Assembly: GCA_965261975.1 (NCBI GenBank)
Contig: CBDHEC010000050.1
Coordinates: 1-64,000, forward strand
Length of the DNA: 64,000 bases
Reading direction: 5' to 3'
Source: Alphaproteobacteria bacterium
GTDB lineage: Bacteria > Pseudomonadota > Alphaproteobacteria > UBA6615
The notes under the pieces are model-generated. The model ran no database searches and had not been told where the DNA came from. It saw only the letters and a list, made by a program, of their open reading frames with translations. Both the position numbers and the translations under genes were made by a program. Below, in pieces: positions 63,230 to 64,000 of the stretch (positions are counted from its first letter, which is position 1; each line of letters begins with the position of its first letter).

Positions 63230-64000
63230 CTACTTTTCGATCGGTACGCCGACGAGGCTGCCCCACTCGGTCCACGAGCCGTCATAGCTGCGCACGCTGT
63301 CATAGCCGAGCAGCTGGGTCATGGTGAAATAGGCCAGGGTCGCACGGTGGCTGAGGCGGCAATAGGAGATCACGTCCTTGTCGGGCGTGGCCCCCCGCTC
63401 TTCCAGCAACGCCCGCAACTCGTCCTCGTCGCGGAACGTCATATCGTCGTTCAGGAACTCGTCGAAAAAGAGATGCTTGGCACCCGGGATACGCCCGGCG
63501 CGTTCGGCCCCCACATTGGGCGCGCCGATCATGTTGACCCGCTCGCCGTTATATTCCTCGGGGGAGCGGTGATCGAGCAATGCGGTCTTGCCGCTGGCCG
63601 CGACATCATCGAGGCGCTCGATAATCTCGGAGAAGCGCACCCGCATGTGATCGTTGCGGACGGAACCCGGCGTGTAGGCCGCAGGCGTCGGCGTCGGCAC
63701 TTCGGTCGTGGTCGGGCGCCCTTCCTTCTCCCACAACACGCGGGCACCATTCAGAAGGCGCACATCCTTGTGACCCAGATAGGTGAAAACCCACCAGCCA
63801 TAGGTGCCGAACTGCACCGGGTCGCCGTAACAGACAACGGTCGTGTCGTTGGATATCCCGAGTTCGCCGCAACGTTTTGCAAACAGTTCCGGGGACGGGA
63901 AGTCGCGGATGTCGTCGTCCCACAGAAAATCCTTCCAGAAGAAGCCGTGGGCGCCGGGAATGTGCCAGACGTCATAGGATTCCGTGCCGGTCCAGTTGAA
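63230..64000 (-). CDS. Sulfurtransferase (tandem rhodanese), 5' truncated by window
   Basis: HIPGA, LDHRSPEEYNG, GRIPGA, YCRLSHRA, YDGSWTEWG. Confidence 0.9.
   Translation of the reverse strand, partial: FNWTGTESYDVWHIPGAHGFFWKDFLWDDDIRDFPSPELFAKRCGELGISNDTTVVCYGDPVQFGTYGWWVFTYLGHKDVRLLNGARVLWEKEGRPTTTEVPTPTPAAYTPGSVRNDHMRVRFSEIIERLDDVAASGKTALLDHRSPEEYNGERVNMIGAPNVGAERAGRIPGAKHLFFDEFLNDDMTFRDEDELRALLEERGATPDKDVISYCRLSHRATLAYFTMTQLLGYDSVRSYDGSWTEWGSLVGVPIEK

Overview
GC-rich alphaproteobacterial chromosome segment (Rhodospirillales-like gene content and order; inference) with about 60 CDSs. I saw no rRNA, tRNA, CRISPR array or transposase. Core genes include bolA-dnaJ-cobS-cobT, tgt, rpmB, meaB, methylmalonyl-CoA mutase, hemA, pdxH, fabI-aroC, tlyA, xseB-ispA-dxs and pcaF. 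The most unusual region is 46.9-55.8 kb. It contains an RND periplasmic adaptor fused to four EF-hand loops, its AcrB-type permease and a CRP-type regulator. A near-consensus CRP box then precedes an unannotated 29-aa ORF with a structured 3' tail carrying an anti-SD loop. On the opposite strand lie a TPR/beta-barrel outer-membrane protein and a class III adenylate cyclase that has lost its CHASE2 domain. Together these suggest a Ca2+/cAMP-linked envelope sensing and efflux module (inference). Other points of interest: a probable queuine-salvage-type TGT, a possible RNA switch upstream of an Lrp gene, TipN-like and TipF-like polarity genes, and a catabolic insert between dxs and tlyA with atypical active sites. 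Four frameshifts, one in-frame amber codon and an ATA start may be assembly errors. All product calls come from recognising motifs by eye; no searches were run.
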